64,000 nt of DNA from Thalia democratica (taxonomy: Eukaryota), in assembly GCA_965202585.1 (NCBI GenBank), contig OZ241834.1, positions 620,001 to 684,000 on the forward strand. The letters run 5' to 3'. Positions 1 to 13,908 of this stretch are shown in pieces (position 1 is the stretch's first letter; each line of letters opens with the position of its first letter). The notes beneath the pieces were generated by a model, which saw only the letters and a program-made list of their open reading frames with translations, did not search any database and was not told the DNA's origin. Both the position numbers and the translations under genes were made by a program.

Positions 1-805
1 TTTTTACTGCTCCAAACAAATTTATCGGTTTATTTATTACATATGCCACTAGTTATTTTACCACTTGGTTTTTTGTGGTTTTCTTTGAGGATTTGTATGA
101 GAAAACTGAGGCTGTAACAGCGGGTTTTGACATTGCATCACGTGCCATCTCTTTTCCTTCAATAAAACCGATTGTCTCATTGACATTATTAATCTATATC
201 TTCCCATTCTAGCACCTCTTTACGAATACCCCCATCGGCTAAACCTGTTACCATGACATCTTAAAGGATTATGTCTGTAAAATCTACCATTTAATTAAAG
301 ACATCCTTTGGGTATTTACATGTGTATGAGTATGTACTGGCTTTTCCCTTTAAACGTGTGGCAAATGATCTAGTGTTTTCAGTCAAATCCTGTCTTGCAC
401 TAAGAAAGTCTGATCGTCGTACAACAACTGAAACAGGAATAACTGCAAGCTGCTTGATCAACCTTAAAAGCTCTTGCTCACTTAAATTTACTACATCATC
501 ATGTCCCTTCAGAATAGCATCGCCTAGGCCTTCCTCACATCACTAGTACAGTTGACGATGCTTTTCTACCTATGTCATTTCCATGCTGTCTTAAAAATAG
601 TCAACTTTTGCACAAATATGTTCCAACCATCTTCATTGCAGTCTCTCCCTATTTGAGGACGGTCCATCTTTGAAGGCTTTGGTTTTGAAGAATATGCATT
701 AATGTGAACGTGGTTGTGAATGATAAGTAAAGAGGCAGCTACAGTAGCATCGACGTCTGGTGTTACATATGTGCAACTCTCAAGAGGGTATTTAATTACA
801 GGTAT
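1..805 (-). pseudogene. Degraded gag of an LTR retrotransposon (Ty3/Gypsy-like), running off the window start
   Basis: Minus-strand translation across stops and frameshifts gives (I)PVIKYPLESCTYVTPDVDATVAASLLIIH...KPSKMDRPQIGRDCNEDGWNIFVQK...EEGLGDAILKG...LIKQLAVIPVSVVVRRSDFLSARQD..ENTRSFATRLKGKA...DFTDII.KDVMVTGLAD. This resembles the gag pattern of invertebrate Gypsy-like elements (recognised from memory). Multiple in-frame stops; no LTR or PBS identified. Confidence 0.7.
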
Positions 806-3559
806 TGTAGATTCAATTCAGCTAGACTTTATCATAAATAAATATATCTTTCTTGGTTAATTTATTCACAAACTAATTACAAGAATGATAAAGTCTGTAA
901 TACAAAGCATAGTTAAACTAGGTAAATACTTATACAATTGTGAGCTGATTATCTGATCTCCACTATATCGATTTATATACTTATAATGTTTTAAGTTTTT
1001 TAACATAGCTTGTTGTCTATGTTAGAGAACTTTTTTATATTAAATAAAATGGTATAATTTTTTTGACGAGGTGATTTTTCAGCGTTTAAAATTAGCTATT
1101 TTTATTGACATTTGAAGCTTATAGGTAGCTAGTGCCTTCTAAAGCACCCAACTAATTTTCAAAAATAAAAGTATCTATTATGTCTCCATGTAATATTTTT
1201 GTTTACAATAAACATTTAGGAAGATAACAAAATATTTTAGTGATGTTGAATGACAAATAAAAGTTGGTTCGCTTTTCTATTTTTTAAATAAAGTAATTTA
1301 TACTCTAATAACTTAAAAATTACTTAAACACCTGTGAAATTGAAAAAGTATAAGTCAACTTTATAATTAAAACTAGGTAAATACAAACTTATACAAAGGT
1401 TATATGTAAAAAATATATTTATACGAATAATATAAAAAAACCAATTCAAGTAAACAACAAGGTAGTGCTTTAAGCACAAAATATTAAAGCTTTTTTATTT
1501 AGTTTTGTATATTTCTTCGGCAAAAAAAAAAACGAACCTAATTAGTTATGTTTATATAATTAATTGTCTGTTTGTTTGCTTAACTAACTTAGTTTAAAGT
1601 TTAAGTTAAAAAACTAACTGTATTTTTTGTTTAAACAGAACATTTTTGTTTTTAAAAACAAAGTTTGCATAAGTATTTAGAAAAAGTTTTAAGTTCAGTT
1701 TGGAATATTTTTTAATGATAATAGTAACCATTAGGTCTTTACGAATAAAAAAACAATACGTTTCTTAAACTGAAGAAACAACCGATCATACTCATAAAAA
1801 AAGTATTTTTTCAATTAAAAGTTAGTCGAGATTTTATATAACAAAATATGCTAAAATTTAACTAACTAAAACGAACAACTTTATAAAATTAAGCTGTCTC
1901 ATAAATGCTTTACTGTTTTACTAGTTCTTTGAAAAACAACATTTTTTTTATAATTTTGAATAAGTGCGTAGTATTTAGTAAAACCTGATAATATTTTTCA
2001 AAATTAAACAAAATTGTGTTAAATTTTATGGAATAAAACGAACAAAACGCAACTAATAATAAAGCAATACATCTTTGATTTTCAAAGAAATCTATAAACA
2101 AAGTATATGAAAAATAGTACTTAAATTCCTACTAAAATCATTTAAAATTTTTTGTTTGTTTACAAAAAAAGCTTGAATTTACAAATAAAAGTCATAAAAG
2201 ACACTAATTATTTTAATTTTAGTTATTTATACTAAGTTTTCTCTGTTTTAAAAATAATTTTAAATGTAATTTTAATACATTAGTTTTTAACTAAGAAACA
2301 TATAATTAACTAGTTAAAATATATAAATTTAGTTAAACTTCAAACAGCTAGACATGAAAATGTTGTACAACTCCGTTACTTTTAAAGTTTTAAGGTTAAA
2401 AAGAACAAACAAAATACCTCTAATGGATAAAATAATAAGCTGAAGTTGTAATGAAAAGTTACAAATATCTTTAAATTTATACTTGAAATGCTTAAACTCT
2501 GAAAAAGTTGTTTAAATTTATTTCTTTTCAATTTTAATGCCGTTATAAAAACGGTTTGAATATAAAACATAAAACTGTTAAATCATTATAAAAAGTACTT
2601 AAGCTTGTAACTATTTTAGCATTAAAACATTTTAACTTTCCTGTAGTTTTAAAAAATTTTTTAGTTTTAATCTTGTAATTTATAATTTATATATATTTTT
2701 CTTTTTTTATAAATAAATTAAAGTAAGATAATTTACATTATTAAAACCTGAATTATGGTTTTGAAGCTTTAAATAAATACATATAAAAATTAAAGTAAAC
2801 AAGATTATTTACAAAAGTTAAATCTAGGGCTGAGCGTTTTTTACAACTAGTATTCTCAAATTGAAATTTCAAAGTTAATTCGAAAAATACATTGTTATAT
2901 AAGCAAGTCTATTTTTGAAGAACTCCTAATTGAACTAATTTTTCTTTTATTGATGTTTGTATAGACTTTTTTTTAAACAATATTATTTGTATTTTATTAT
3001 TTAACCAATTACAAACTATTACAAGTTTTTTTTTTACAAGTTGTTCTTAATGTCACTATAAATTATTAAAGTTTGTATTAAAACACTTAAAAAACGTAGG
3101 AATAAAAATATTTTAGTTTTAATTTTTACTTTAAGATATCAGCGAGTTTTATATCTTTTTTAAGTTTGTATTAGAATATTTTTTAATTTTATAACCTTAA
3201 AACTTTCATAAAAAACTAGACTTAAAAAATTTTTATTAAAACTGTTTTGTTGTTTAAAATGTATCTTATAGCATAACACATATTAATTAAGCTTTCAAAA
3301 AAATTTTTTTTGTTAAAAAAAAAAACACTGAACCATCGCTGCCTTTCGACATTATATCATATTTTCGACATTTACTAAATTGAGTTTATTTAGCTGATTG
3401 TTTTTTATGCTCAATTGAAAGAACTTAAAAATGTTTTAAAGGTAACTGTATTAGACTTTTATTGCGTCATAACTGTAAAAAAGATATTTTAACTTTAAAA
3501 TACAATATTTAATCCTGCTACAATTTTGTTTAATACAATTCGTTAACGTCTGAACTGTA

Positions 3560-3660
3560 AGTTTTTAGTACAAAAACTTTTCTTGTACTGTTAATAAAAA
3601 AGAAAATTGTATTAAAAGCCGCATACTTTTTACTTGCGGGTAGCAGATTTTCGACCCCTC
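3560..3660 (-). mobile_element. Terminal fragment of a hAT-type MITE related to the 16984-17295 element
   Basis: The reverse complement GAGGGGTCGAAAATCTGC...AAAGTATGCGGC...TAAAAACTTACA resembles the left end of 16984 (CAGTGGTCGGCAAAGTGC...AAAGTATGCGGC...TAAAAACTTACA). The opposite end was not located. Confidence 0.35.
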
Positions 3661-4046
3661 AACTTAAACTGAGTTAATTTGATTAGAAATCAATATACCA
3701 AAAGCTATATATCAATTTTTATTAAACGTAAAAAGCGCTTAAAATAATTAGTCCTTAACTTGGTGAAAAACAAATCTTTTGGTTATCAAGTCGTTCACCG
3801 CTTGGAAACAGTTTAATATTTTGTTTAGAACGTGTTGTTATTATAATCCATTTAAATTAATTCAAATTTTAACTGTAACATTTACTAAGTTTATTGATAA
3901 ATTTTGATTGCGTTTGAATTTCATTAAATTTAAGAAACTATTTTCATATAAAGCGAAAAAATAGTCGTTATTTAATTATGCACATAAATATACTAATAAA
4001 TAAGAATTATATATATATTCAGGGAATAAATCCACATAGTTTAAAA

Positions 4047-4727
4047 TAGGGGTGGGCAACGTACGGTCCGCGGGTAGAATCCGGCCCCCGACCGTTTTTT
4101 AAACTTTAATGGGATCCGGCTCGCGAGCGAAGTGACAGGCCCGCAAAGGATCAATATTTCAAAATAGTAATAAAACTTTGTATCATATTTTTACAAAACA
4201 AACCTGTAAGAATTTGACTTTAAAACATGCTAAAAAACTTCTTTATAAATAAATGTGTACTTATAAATACACCATTTTGTCCTAATATTTTGTGGTGTTG
4301 TAACTTAGTTGGAATATCTTTTTGTCAAATTACCCCAAACAAAGTACTCTTTTAAGTACGATATTTTACATACGTACATTTGTCAATTACAATGTCAATT
4401 CTACTATAGACATTATTTAAACATCTGACATGTCTCAATCTAAATCTTAAGTAGTCAGATATGAGAAAGTTTTGTGAAATTGAAGGGTTCAAAAAAGTGA
4501 TTAACTGTATCCGTAAAATTAGACTTCGGCCGGATCCGAAACTTATATTTAAATTAGAATCCAACCGTATCCGGTTCTTGACTTAAAATTAGCATCCAGT
4601 CGGATTCGGATCAATATGTCATTGTTCAGCTGGATCCGGTAAATCACTAATTTGAAACGCCCCGGCCCGCAAAAAACTATATTTTTCCGGATCCGGCCCG
4701 TTAATTTAAAAACGTTGCCCACCCCTA
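4047..4727. mobile_element. hAT-superfamily MITE (~680 bp)
   Basis: TIRs TAGGGGTGGGCAACGT / ACGTTGCCCACCCCTA, subterminal CCGGCCC/GGCCCGC motifs, and 8-bp flanks GTTTAAAA (4039-4046) vs GTTTAGAA (4728-4735), 7/8 identical. This is the TSD length expected for hAT. Confidence 0.8.
4495..4649. mobile_element. Small MITE nested inside the 4047-4727 element
   Basis: Imperfect TIR AGTGATTAACTGTATCCG (4496) vs reverse complement of TGGATCCGGTAAATCACT (4631-4648), 14/18. The interior is rich in (A/G)TCCG(G/A) motifs. The putative TSD is degenerate (5/8). Confidence 0.5.
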
Positions 4728-7700
4728 GTTTAGAACGTAAGTTAAAGCATAGCCTGTATGTTTAAGCAACAATTTCGAACAATAAAATAGTATTTCTTAT
4801 TAACTTTGTTAGTAGTTTGTCTGTTCATCATTTATTTTGGTTAATTTCCGAATTGTTTTTGATAAAAGATAACTTTGAAATTTTCAAAAACATGTAGTGT
4901 TTGAATCTAAAACAAAAATAAACTGCATTCAAAGTTATTATTAGTTTATTTATCACACATTCAAATATATATTTTTTAAGCAAAACATAGGTAAAAATTG
5001 TTTTATTAGTTTTATACGTTTTATCATTTCTTATAAAAAAGTTAAATTTTTTTTGATCAAAGAAATAATAAAAGTAAAACGAAAACAAAATTTACTGTAT
5101 GAAACTATTTGTTTAAGTAATATGAGCTTTAAGAAAACTAATCAAAACAAAACGGTCATCAAATAAATCTTTCTCAAATATGAAAAAACAAACCATTTAC
5201 TTTAACAAAGCTAAAAGAAAATTATTTATTTAAGCTTTTTAGTTTACTTGTTTTTAAAGTTAAAACATTTTTTTAAGGTATTAGATACAAAAAAAAAACA
5301 AGTTTATTACATAATTTGTTATATATATTTTTTTTAATCAAAAAGCGTTTTTTACGATTAACAGTTTAAAAAAAAGAATATTTATTCTTAATGTTGAAAT
5401 TATAATGTTGTTTTGAAGCTAAAATTTGTTTTCAACAGAAAAAGTTATACTTTGGACTTAAATCGTTTGAGTAAACTATTAAATATTACATAAACTTAAA
5501 ACTTATCTAATTAGGTTCAAGCTGTTGCAAAACTAATAAACATAACTAAATCCAAAAGTAAAATTTTATTTATACTCTAAAAGTCTGAACAATACTTTTT
5601 TGACACACAAAATATTTTTGGCACACTGAACTTAAATTTGTGCATATTTGGTGTACTAACATATCAAATTTTTTACAACAAGTTTAGCATTTAGATGTAA
5701 AAATTAGCTTTTAGTAAAAATTTCTTTTACGGTTTATGATTAATGTTACCACCTTGTTATACCTTATTGAATTTTTAGTTCTATTTTAATAATTTTATAC
5801 AACCAACACAGATCATAAATATTATATTATTTTATTTCACTAAAAAAAAAATTTTCTTATAAATATAAACCTCTATACGTATATAAAACAATTAAGGTTA
5901 TAAAAATAGTTAATAGTCATAGTTGTATACAAAGTAAAATAAAAGGTTAATATAAAAACATGTTTAAATAAACTAATAACTTTTAAGCGATTAAACGAAT
6001 CTAATTTGTTATAATTCTGCTTTTAAGTTCAGTAAACCGTTTAAATAACAGCGTAAATTTTTATTTAGTCTGAATTTAATATAACCAAGCTGGTTTGAAT
6101 AATTTCATTTAGTATAAAATTTGTAAAAATCTAAAAGTTTTTTTTTAATTTTAACTTGTTATTTTGTACATTAGAGGTTTTTTGTTTTGTTTATTTGTTT
6201 AACATTGGTTTTTGAGTGCAAATCCTATTTTTCTTTGCTTAAATGTTTTTTTGTTCTATCTTGAGTTTTCTATTTGAACTGAAGATTTTTAGAAAACAAT
6301 ATTACTTTGAATTGTTTAGAATTTATTTATGCAAAGCATAAACTAATGAGTATGATTGTCTCTATCCGAAACTGACTGTCAATTTGTTCGTACTGATTGA
6401 AAGTTAGAAAGAAAATTTTTAGTAAAAATATAAAACTTGTTGAGTTTTTAGCTCGATTTAATACTTTTTCTGTTTGTTTCTTAAATTCATTCAAAATTAA
6501 ATTAAAAATAATTTGTTTCTACTTATTTCATGTAAATTAAAAGTATAATTTACTTTAAATTTTACGTTAATTTTACTTTTTTTTAGTAACATTTATCAAA
6601 CTTTGTAAAGTTTCAACATATTTCTTAATTACAAATTTATTAAAGTAAATGTTAGACTCAAATTTTCTGAATATTGTTGTTTTAAAACAACTTCTGAAGA
6701 ATACGTTATAACGGTATCCGTTGTGTGTGACTCGATTACAAAAAGGTCATTCGTTTACCAGATCCTAGGACCAAATGTTCTGAGCGTTTTTTTTTTTTTT
6801 GTTCAATAACCTATAAACCACAACAACACTACAGCTAATAGAGGTTTAATAAATTATGTTTATAGTTTTATAATATTTTAGTTAAACTATGATTTTTTTC
6901 TACAAACTCTACAAGCTTCTACAAGCTCTACAAGTTCTTTATTATATTCAATTTTCTCTAGTGGCAATTAGATATTATATTTTTTTATTTATTTAATTGT
7001 TAACTAATTACACGAACGGAACTATTTTTAAAGATAATGTGTTGAAGTATTTTTTTAAAAACTACAATCTTAATCTAAAATGGGTTAAAATTGCCCGTGT
7101 TTTGAAATCGTTTTAATTCGTTTGTCAAAATAACAAGGGTTATAAGCTTTAAAGCTTAGAAATAGATATTTGTTTTTATATTAATAAGGATGAAACTATC
7201 TGCTTAACAAGAAATATAAGCAGTATATTGAAAACTTTTTTTTGAATGTTTATTTGATGACTTGTTGTATTTAAATTATAAGCAGCTAAAATTTCAAACC
7301 GTTTAGTAAAACCTTAATACTAATCAAATCTTATAATTATTTGCTTGAAATATTAAGTTTTAAAAGTTTGTTAAATATTTTCTATTTTTTCAATGCAAGC
7401 AACACTAAAATATTCATGAATGATAAACTACTTAAACTCAACTTTCAAATTATAACAATGTACTAAGTAAGTTTAAACTAGCATTTTATCAATTATTGAG
7501 AAAATATATAGACTATTATAAATACTTCTAATGATTAAAAAAATTAGCCTACATAAAGAATGAAGATTTAAGTTCCCCAGAATTATTTGCAACTAAAATA
7601 AATATAAGTAAAAATTCTTAAAAAATCTTAAATCGAAGTATTAATTTAAGATTATTATGTACTAGTTTTATTTAATTTGTTTTATTGAGCAAACAGGCTA

Positions 7701-8000
7701 TGGTTAGTTTAAAAAATCATTTGTTTGTGACTTTATGTTTGTATATAAAGTGTAACTAACTGTAAGAATTCTAGGTAAGAATGCTTTTAAATTTATATAA
7801 AAAAAACTTCTGTCTAAAGCTAAGTTATATTAGCTAAGTTTTATACAAACTATGAAACCTTCATTATCAACGCTAGTAAAATAAAACTATACTACCAATT
7901 TGAACTATAAAAGTTTTAATTAAGTATTAAAGGACCAACCAAAAACTAAATTGCATTTACAATTTATAAAACAATAGTAATATTAGTTAGCAGTTTGTTA

Positions 8001-9065
8001 CGGGAACGGGTCACTTTTGCACGAGCGTCACTTTTGCACGAAGAGTCACTTTTGCACGAGGGGATACTTTTACACGGCGACTCTTTTGCACGAGCGTCAC
8101 TTTAGCACGAGGGGACACTTTTGCACGGCGTCACTTTTGCACGAAGGGTCACTTTTGCACGAGCGTCACTTTAGCAGAGGGGACACTTTTGCACGCAGGG
8201 TCATTTTTGAACGGCGTCATTGCTGTCAAGGAGAAACTTTTGCACGGCGACATTTTTTCACGATGACAATTTCTTACAGCAGCATTGTTGCACAGCAATA
8301 ATTTTGCACGGAGGGTCACTTTTGCACGAAGGGTCACTTTTACAGGACGTCTCTTTTGCATGGAGAGTCATTTTTGCACAAGGGAATTCTTTTGCACGGT
8401 GTCACTTTTGCACGAGAAGACACTTTTGCAAGGCAATATTTTTTCACGATGACAATTTTTTACGGCAGCATTGTTGCACAACGTCACTTTTTTACGATTA
8501 AATTTTTGCACAGCGACATTTTGGCACTATGACTTTTTCGCACAGAACATAAATTTTGCATGCAGGTCGATTAAAAGTTTTTTTAGCTAGTACCAAATCG
8601 GTAAAACATAAGAACATAAAACATACTGAAAACTAAAATTTTATAACATTCCTCTATTAAAGGCAAAAGTCTTTAAAAATCTTAAACAATGAAGTTGATT
8701 TAAAAACAAACTAACAAAAAGATAAGACAAAATTATTTATAAAAGATTTATAGCAGTGACAACAAATTTAATCTATTAATGAACTAGGATAAAAAATAAC
8801 TCTTAGCCCAAATAAATTGTTTATAGTTCATTTTGAATTATAAAAAATTAATAAACAACTTTGCCGTTTTATATATTTTACTAAGCGATTACAGGTTTAT
8901 TGTCCATATGATTGACCTAGGCATCAAAACTTAGCCCAATTAAACTGAAAGACACATAGAGAAAAATAAAATTAACACAAAAAATTTATTTAAGAAAATA
9001 AAGATGAAAACTTAATTTGATATAAAATTTATAGATTAACATAAAAATCAAAATTTTAACCACAA
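8001..9065 (+). repeat. Left arm of a foldback-like inverted structure, beginning with a 17-18-bp minisatellite (GCGTCACTTTTGCACGA; ~8008-8560)
   Basis: Tandem TCACTTTTGCACG units decay inward. The following AT-rich ~500 bp aligns to the reverse complement of 10960-11430 (e.g. TTTATTGTCCATATG...GGCATCAAAAC at 8896 vs 11103). Confidence 0.8.
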
Positions 9066-10959
9066 ACTTATTTATGCTTTGATGTAGAACGATCAACATA
9101 CATCAAATATTTAAATGCATTGACTAACAACAAAAATAAAAACTTAATGCTCCAAAGACATTAACAATAGACTGGTCAGATGAATAATCATTAAATATGT
9201 GCCAGGTAATTGTCTCTTACTTACTTTCTTCTTTTCTCTTAAGCGCAGTATAAATTAAAAAAATCGCACGTAAAAGGGGCTTTTTAGTTGTTGCTGCGTA
9301 GCAGCAACTTAAGTCATGGCGGCTTTTCGCTGCATTTCGTTGTTAATGGTTTCAATCTTGTTTGTCGACTTTGTTTCCATTTTAGAACACTTTTTGAGTT
9401 TGGTTTAAACGTTTAATTTTTAGCTTCTTTGATTTAAGTATTTTCATCTTTTAAAATAATTGATAATTCGATTTATTAGTTTTATGTTGTGCAGTAATTT
9501 ATTATCTTTTCGTTTCGCAATTTCATTGTAAATATAATCATTATCACAGATTCGAGTTACGTTTAAATTAGTACAAGTAGCTTATTTATTAAACCTTTAG
9601 TAAACAGTAAGTAATTCACATTAGTCTTTTTATCAACTATAATTTAAGCGTTATCTTGGGGTATCTATTATACAAGTTTAAGCGCACGTTGTGTTTTAAA
9701 CCAGACCCATAACATTGTATAAGTAGAATCCCTGGATAGCGACAAATACATTGAAAAATGACTTACCATTAATAGAGTAAAAGTGCTGCTAATAAAATTG
9801 AACTATAAACTAAGTTCTTTAAATCTTTAAATTCGTTAAATTAAATCTTAAAATTAAATCAACGGTTGATAAAAGTTACTTATTAATTTTACAACCAATA
9901 ATATAATTTATACAAAACTTTTTTAACTTTAAACGAAATTCTTTAAAATTTTTGCCAAAAACTATAACATTAGGAAGTTTGTTCTCTATTTCAACTGACC
10001 CATAAAAAAATGAATTCTGCCAGGTCTCATTATTAAAATATTGCAGCGGTTAAAGACTAATATGGTATAATTTCCTTGAACACATTCTATATGGCTAGTG
10101 TCTTTATTTAATTATGTAAAACAGATTGTTGTTTTATATTTTAACTTAAGAAGAATTTAAATGAGAAAAAACCTTATTAAGGTTGTTTATACCTGGAGAC
10201 TGTTTGATTAAAATGTGGTTGTTTTTTAATGAAGTTTTAATATAATATTTTTATTTGAAGTTTTACGTAGAACAATATGTTAACGTACCACAATTAAATA
10301 ATTATTATCTATAGTCTAAATTTAAATAAACTAGATGAACACACATTTTTCTAGTTTTAAATAAAAACAATTTTGAATACTTAAAATAAAAATAATTTGC
10401 ATTTCGTTAATTTTTAACAGAAAGATGAACTTAATTATGTAAGGCTTTAAAACACGAACCCTCAGTATTATGTTTTACTTATATTCTCCTGATGTTAAAA
10501 CTAGCATTATATAGTTCTTAAACAAATATCTAAATTTTAAAAAGTAGTTAAATTAAAAAATAATTAGTTTATAAAGTGTAAAGGTATTTCAGATTTTACT
10601 TGATGTTTATTTTTAATTTTTTTATAATTTAGCGTGAGAATAAAAAGAGCAGTAAAAATCTCATTTTTCATGGTTTAAATTTGGATTATTTTAATATTAT
10701 AATGTTGCATTATCATGGTAAGCCAATGAGAGAGTAACATTTGGAAATTTTAACTTATGTTCATTCAAAATATCAAGAGATACTAACACCAGCATTGCAT
10801 GATTATAAAATGAACCAATGAGAAGTTAAATTTGATAGTTGAACTCAACTTCATCTGCAAAAGAAAAATTAATAGAGATATTGATAATACACCAGACAAA
10901 ATGGTTAAAGTTAAAATGGAGCTAAGCCTTTTCCCTTATTCTTGTCCTTATCCCTTGGT

Positions 10960-11773
10960 TAAAATTTTGATTTTAATTCAACCTATAAATTTTATATCAA
11001 TTATGGTTTTGTCTTTGTTAATTAATGTTTTTTTTTTCTTTATGTGCATTTCAGTTTAAGTGGTCTAGGTTTTGATGCCTTGGTTTGTCATATGGACAAT
11101 AAACTTGTAACCGTATAGTAAAATACATAAAAAGGCATAGTTGTTGATAAATATATTAAAATTTGAAATAAACTATAAGCAATTTATTTACACTTAACGT
11201 ATTTTTTATCGTAATTTCTAAATAAATTAAATTTGTTGTCACTGGTGTGATTTTTTTATAAATCATTTTATCTTATCTTTTTGTTAGTTTGTTTCTAACA
11301 ATAACTTTTACTGTTTAAGATTTTAAACCTTTCATTTTTTGCCCTTAATATAGGTATGTTATAAAATTTTAGTTTTTAGTTTCTTTTTATGTTACAGATT
11401 TTATACTAGCTAAAAAAAATTTTAATTGGCCTGCATGCAAAATTGATGTTCCGTGCGAAAAAGTCGTAGTGACAAAATGTCGATGTGCAAAAATTTCATC
11501 CTTAAAATGTGACATTGCGCAAAAGTATCGTTGTGCATCAATGCTGCCGTAAAAAATTGTCATCGTGAAAAAATGTCGCCGTGCAAAAGTGTTCCCTCGT
11601 GCAAAATTGACCCTCCGTACAAAAGTATCGTTGTGCAACAATGTCACCGTAAAAAAAATGTCATTGTGAAAAAATGACGCCGTGCAAAAATTACCCTGCG
11701 TGCAAAAATGTGTCCTTGTGCAAAAGTAAAGTTGGGCAAAAGTGACGCTCGTGCAAAAGTGACACCCGAACAC
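10960..11773 (-). repeat. Right arm of the foldback-like inverted structure (minisatellite ~11430-11765)
   Basis: Reverse-complement units CGTGCAAAAGTGAC end at GTGACACCCGAAC (11759-11771). Collinear inverted similarity to 8001-9065, roughly 75-80% by eye. Confidence 0.8.
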
Positions 11774-13483
11774 TATGGTCATTGGAGACTATAAGGAACT
11801 TTTCGTCATCGAGCCTCACACCATATATTTTCTAAACAACTGTGATCAGTTTTAATCAAAACAGTATTAAAAGTGTAACTTTAAAATCACTAAAAATATT
11901 TCTGTTTTTATCATTACTTAAACTATTTCACAAAAACTAATTCTTGAAAAAAAAGACATTTTTAATACGTTATGTTCCTTTTCAAGTGAAAGGAAAATAG
12001 TTTAAATGAAATAAAAAAAGATTTCACGTATTATATTTTACAATAATTAAAATAGGTTCATTATAAAATATCAGTATTTGCCTTTATACTTGTTATAATT
12101 TTGGCTTAAATTGAAAAAATGTTTTTTTTAGACAGTTCTTAATTTAACTTAGATAAATTTTCAGAATATTTTTTAGATATTTCTTAAATCCGTTTAAATT
12201 TTGACTGTTATGTTAACTTAACACAAATTAGATTTTGAAATCTTCAGCAACTTTGAGTTTTATAAATGTTTTGTTAACTCTTGGCTTAAAACCACGATTT
12301 TAGACAATTCTTAATTTCATTTAGATAAATTTCAAGTTATAAATATGTTTTTATTATTATTATTTCTTTATAAAAAGCACTGAATTCAGTTTTTTATTCT
12401 ACTCATTATATTAATATTAGTTCAATCCGTTTTTGTTTTAAACTAGTACCAATTTTACCTAAATATACTCTGATATGCTAGAATTTTCGAATATGAAACA
12501 TTTTTGTTTTTGTTTATATTCTTCACGCATGAATAAGTTTTTAAACAACAGTATAATTAACTAACATTGTTATATGCAGTTTCATATTTTATTTTTGCTT
12601 GAAAAGGTCGCAATCTCTTGCCACCGAAAGCGGTCGCGAATGAAATATACAATTTGCATAAATCTATTTAAATAAGCTCTTTATATCCCAGTAAATTGAG
12701 CATTCTTTTTTAGTTAAGGCAAATAACTATAGAATAGTTTTTTTATGAAATATATACTTGTAACTTAGAACATTTGTAAGAAAATGTATTGTCTTTTGAC
12801 TAAAAAGTATAATAAATTTTAAATTACGGGCGTTTTTCTCCTTTTAAATTCAGTGGCGTCATAAAATCGTGTCTCAAGCTAATTGAAAAAAAAAATCCAT
12901 TTTGAAGCAATTTAATGTAATTAACAATAAATAAAAAATAAGCTCATATTTCATTACAGAGGCGATTCAATAATTGATAATAAAATATTATTTTACATTT
13001 ATTTGCCCACCTAACATTTACTAAACATATTTTTAATCGGTTTGTTATAAATGTATAAAATGCTTAGTAATATATATATATTAAATCAGTAAATGGTATT
13101 TTATTTAAAATAAGTTGTGATAATATCTTATAAGTTTGTTTCACTTTAAATAGATATATTTTATAAGCATATTAAAATCATTTTTATAAAAAAATATGTT
13201 AAAATATTTGTTCAAATAGTTATGATTTTAAATTAAGAGTTAAGTTTTCGGTTTAACTTTGTTTAAGCAAGTTAGAAATAGAAATCAATTAAATAGTAAA
13301 TTGTATTTTTCTATGTATGTAAAATGTTCAATAATATAAAAACTATTGCTTAATTTGAATTGTCACTGAATGCATTTTGAAAAAACTTTATAATTTATTG
13401 GTGTTTAAAAGTAAAATTTTTAAAGAAGGGATATTAAAATAAAACCTAAATACAGAATACTAAAAAAAAAGTATACACTAGAC

Positions 13484-13833
13484 CAGGGTTTCCCAAACTT
13501 TTTTGCAAATGGCCCCCTTTAAAGAAATTCAAAAATACCACGGCTCCTTTCAACAAGATTACTCAAAAACTACCATAAAAAACACCTAAGACCTTTTTGT
13601 TTTGCTTTTCATCTGCAACTCAAGAATATCTAGTAAATATCTAAACTACCATAAAAATCACCGTAGACCTTTTTATATTTTTTTTTTCATGTAAATTTCA
13701 AATTATAACCTCATGGCCCGTGTGGCTTCTTTACTGCTCATGACCTCCCCTCTTACCCCTTTGCTGCTCAAGGCCCCCTGAGTATCTGTCATGTCGCTTG
13801 AGGGGGCCACTTTCCCCAATTTGGGAAACTCTC
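13484..13833. mobile_element. hAT-type MITE (~350 bp)
   Basis: Left end CAGGGTTTCCCAAACT, right end AATTTGGGAAACTCTC; subterminal GGCCCCC/GGGGGCC; flanks CACTAGAC vs ACTTGGAC (degenerate TSD). Confidence 0.7.
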
Positions 13834-13908
13834 ACTTGGACTATATTTAAAGATTAAGGAAAAATTAACTGAAGTCAGTCTTAAGAAAATATCGTTAATA
13901 TATTTGCA

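Noticed and set aside
322-546. 74-aa plus-strand ORF
   Set aside because: Antisense to the gag remnant.
1910-5088. Short AT-rich ORFs (1910, 2382, 4352, 4828) and similar ones at 10832, 19834 and 30388
   Set aside because: Random open frames with F/L/K/I/N bias, non-ATG starts in several, and no motifs.
8615-8635. ACATACTGAAA resembling part of a cnidarian spliced-leader sequence
   Set aside because: Only ~11 nt match in AT-rich DNA, with no splice donor or Sm site.
8017-11782. ORFs 8017, 8149, 8220 and 11387 with HFCT/RRHF repeats
   Set aside because: These are translations of the 17-18-bp minisatellite.
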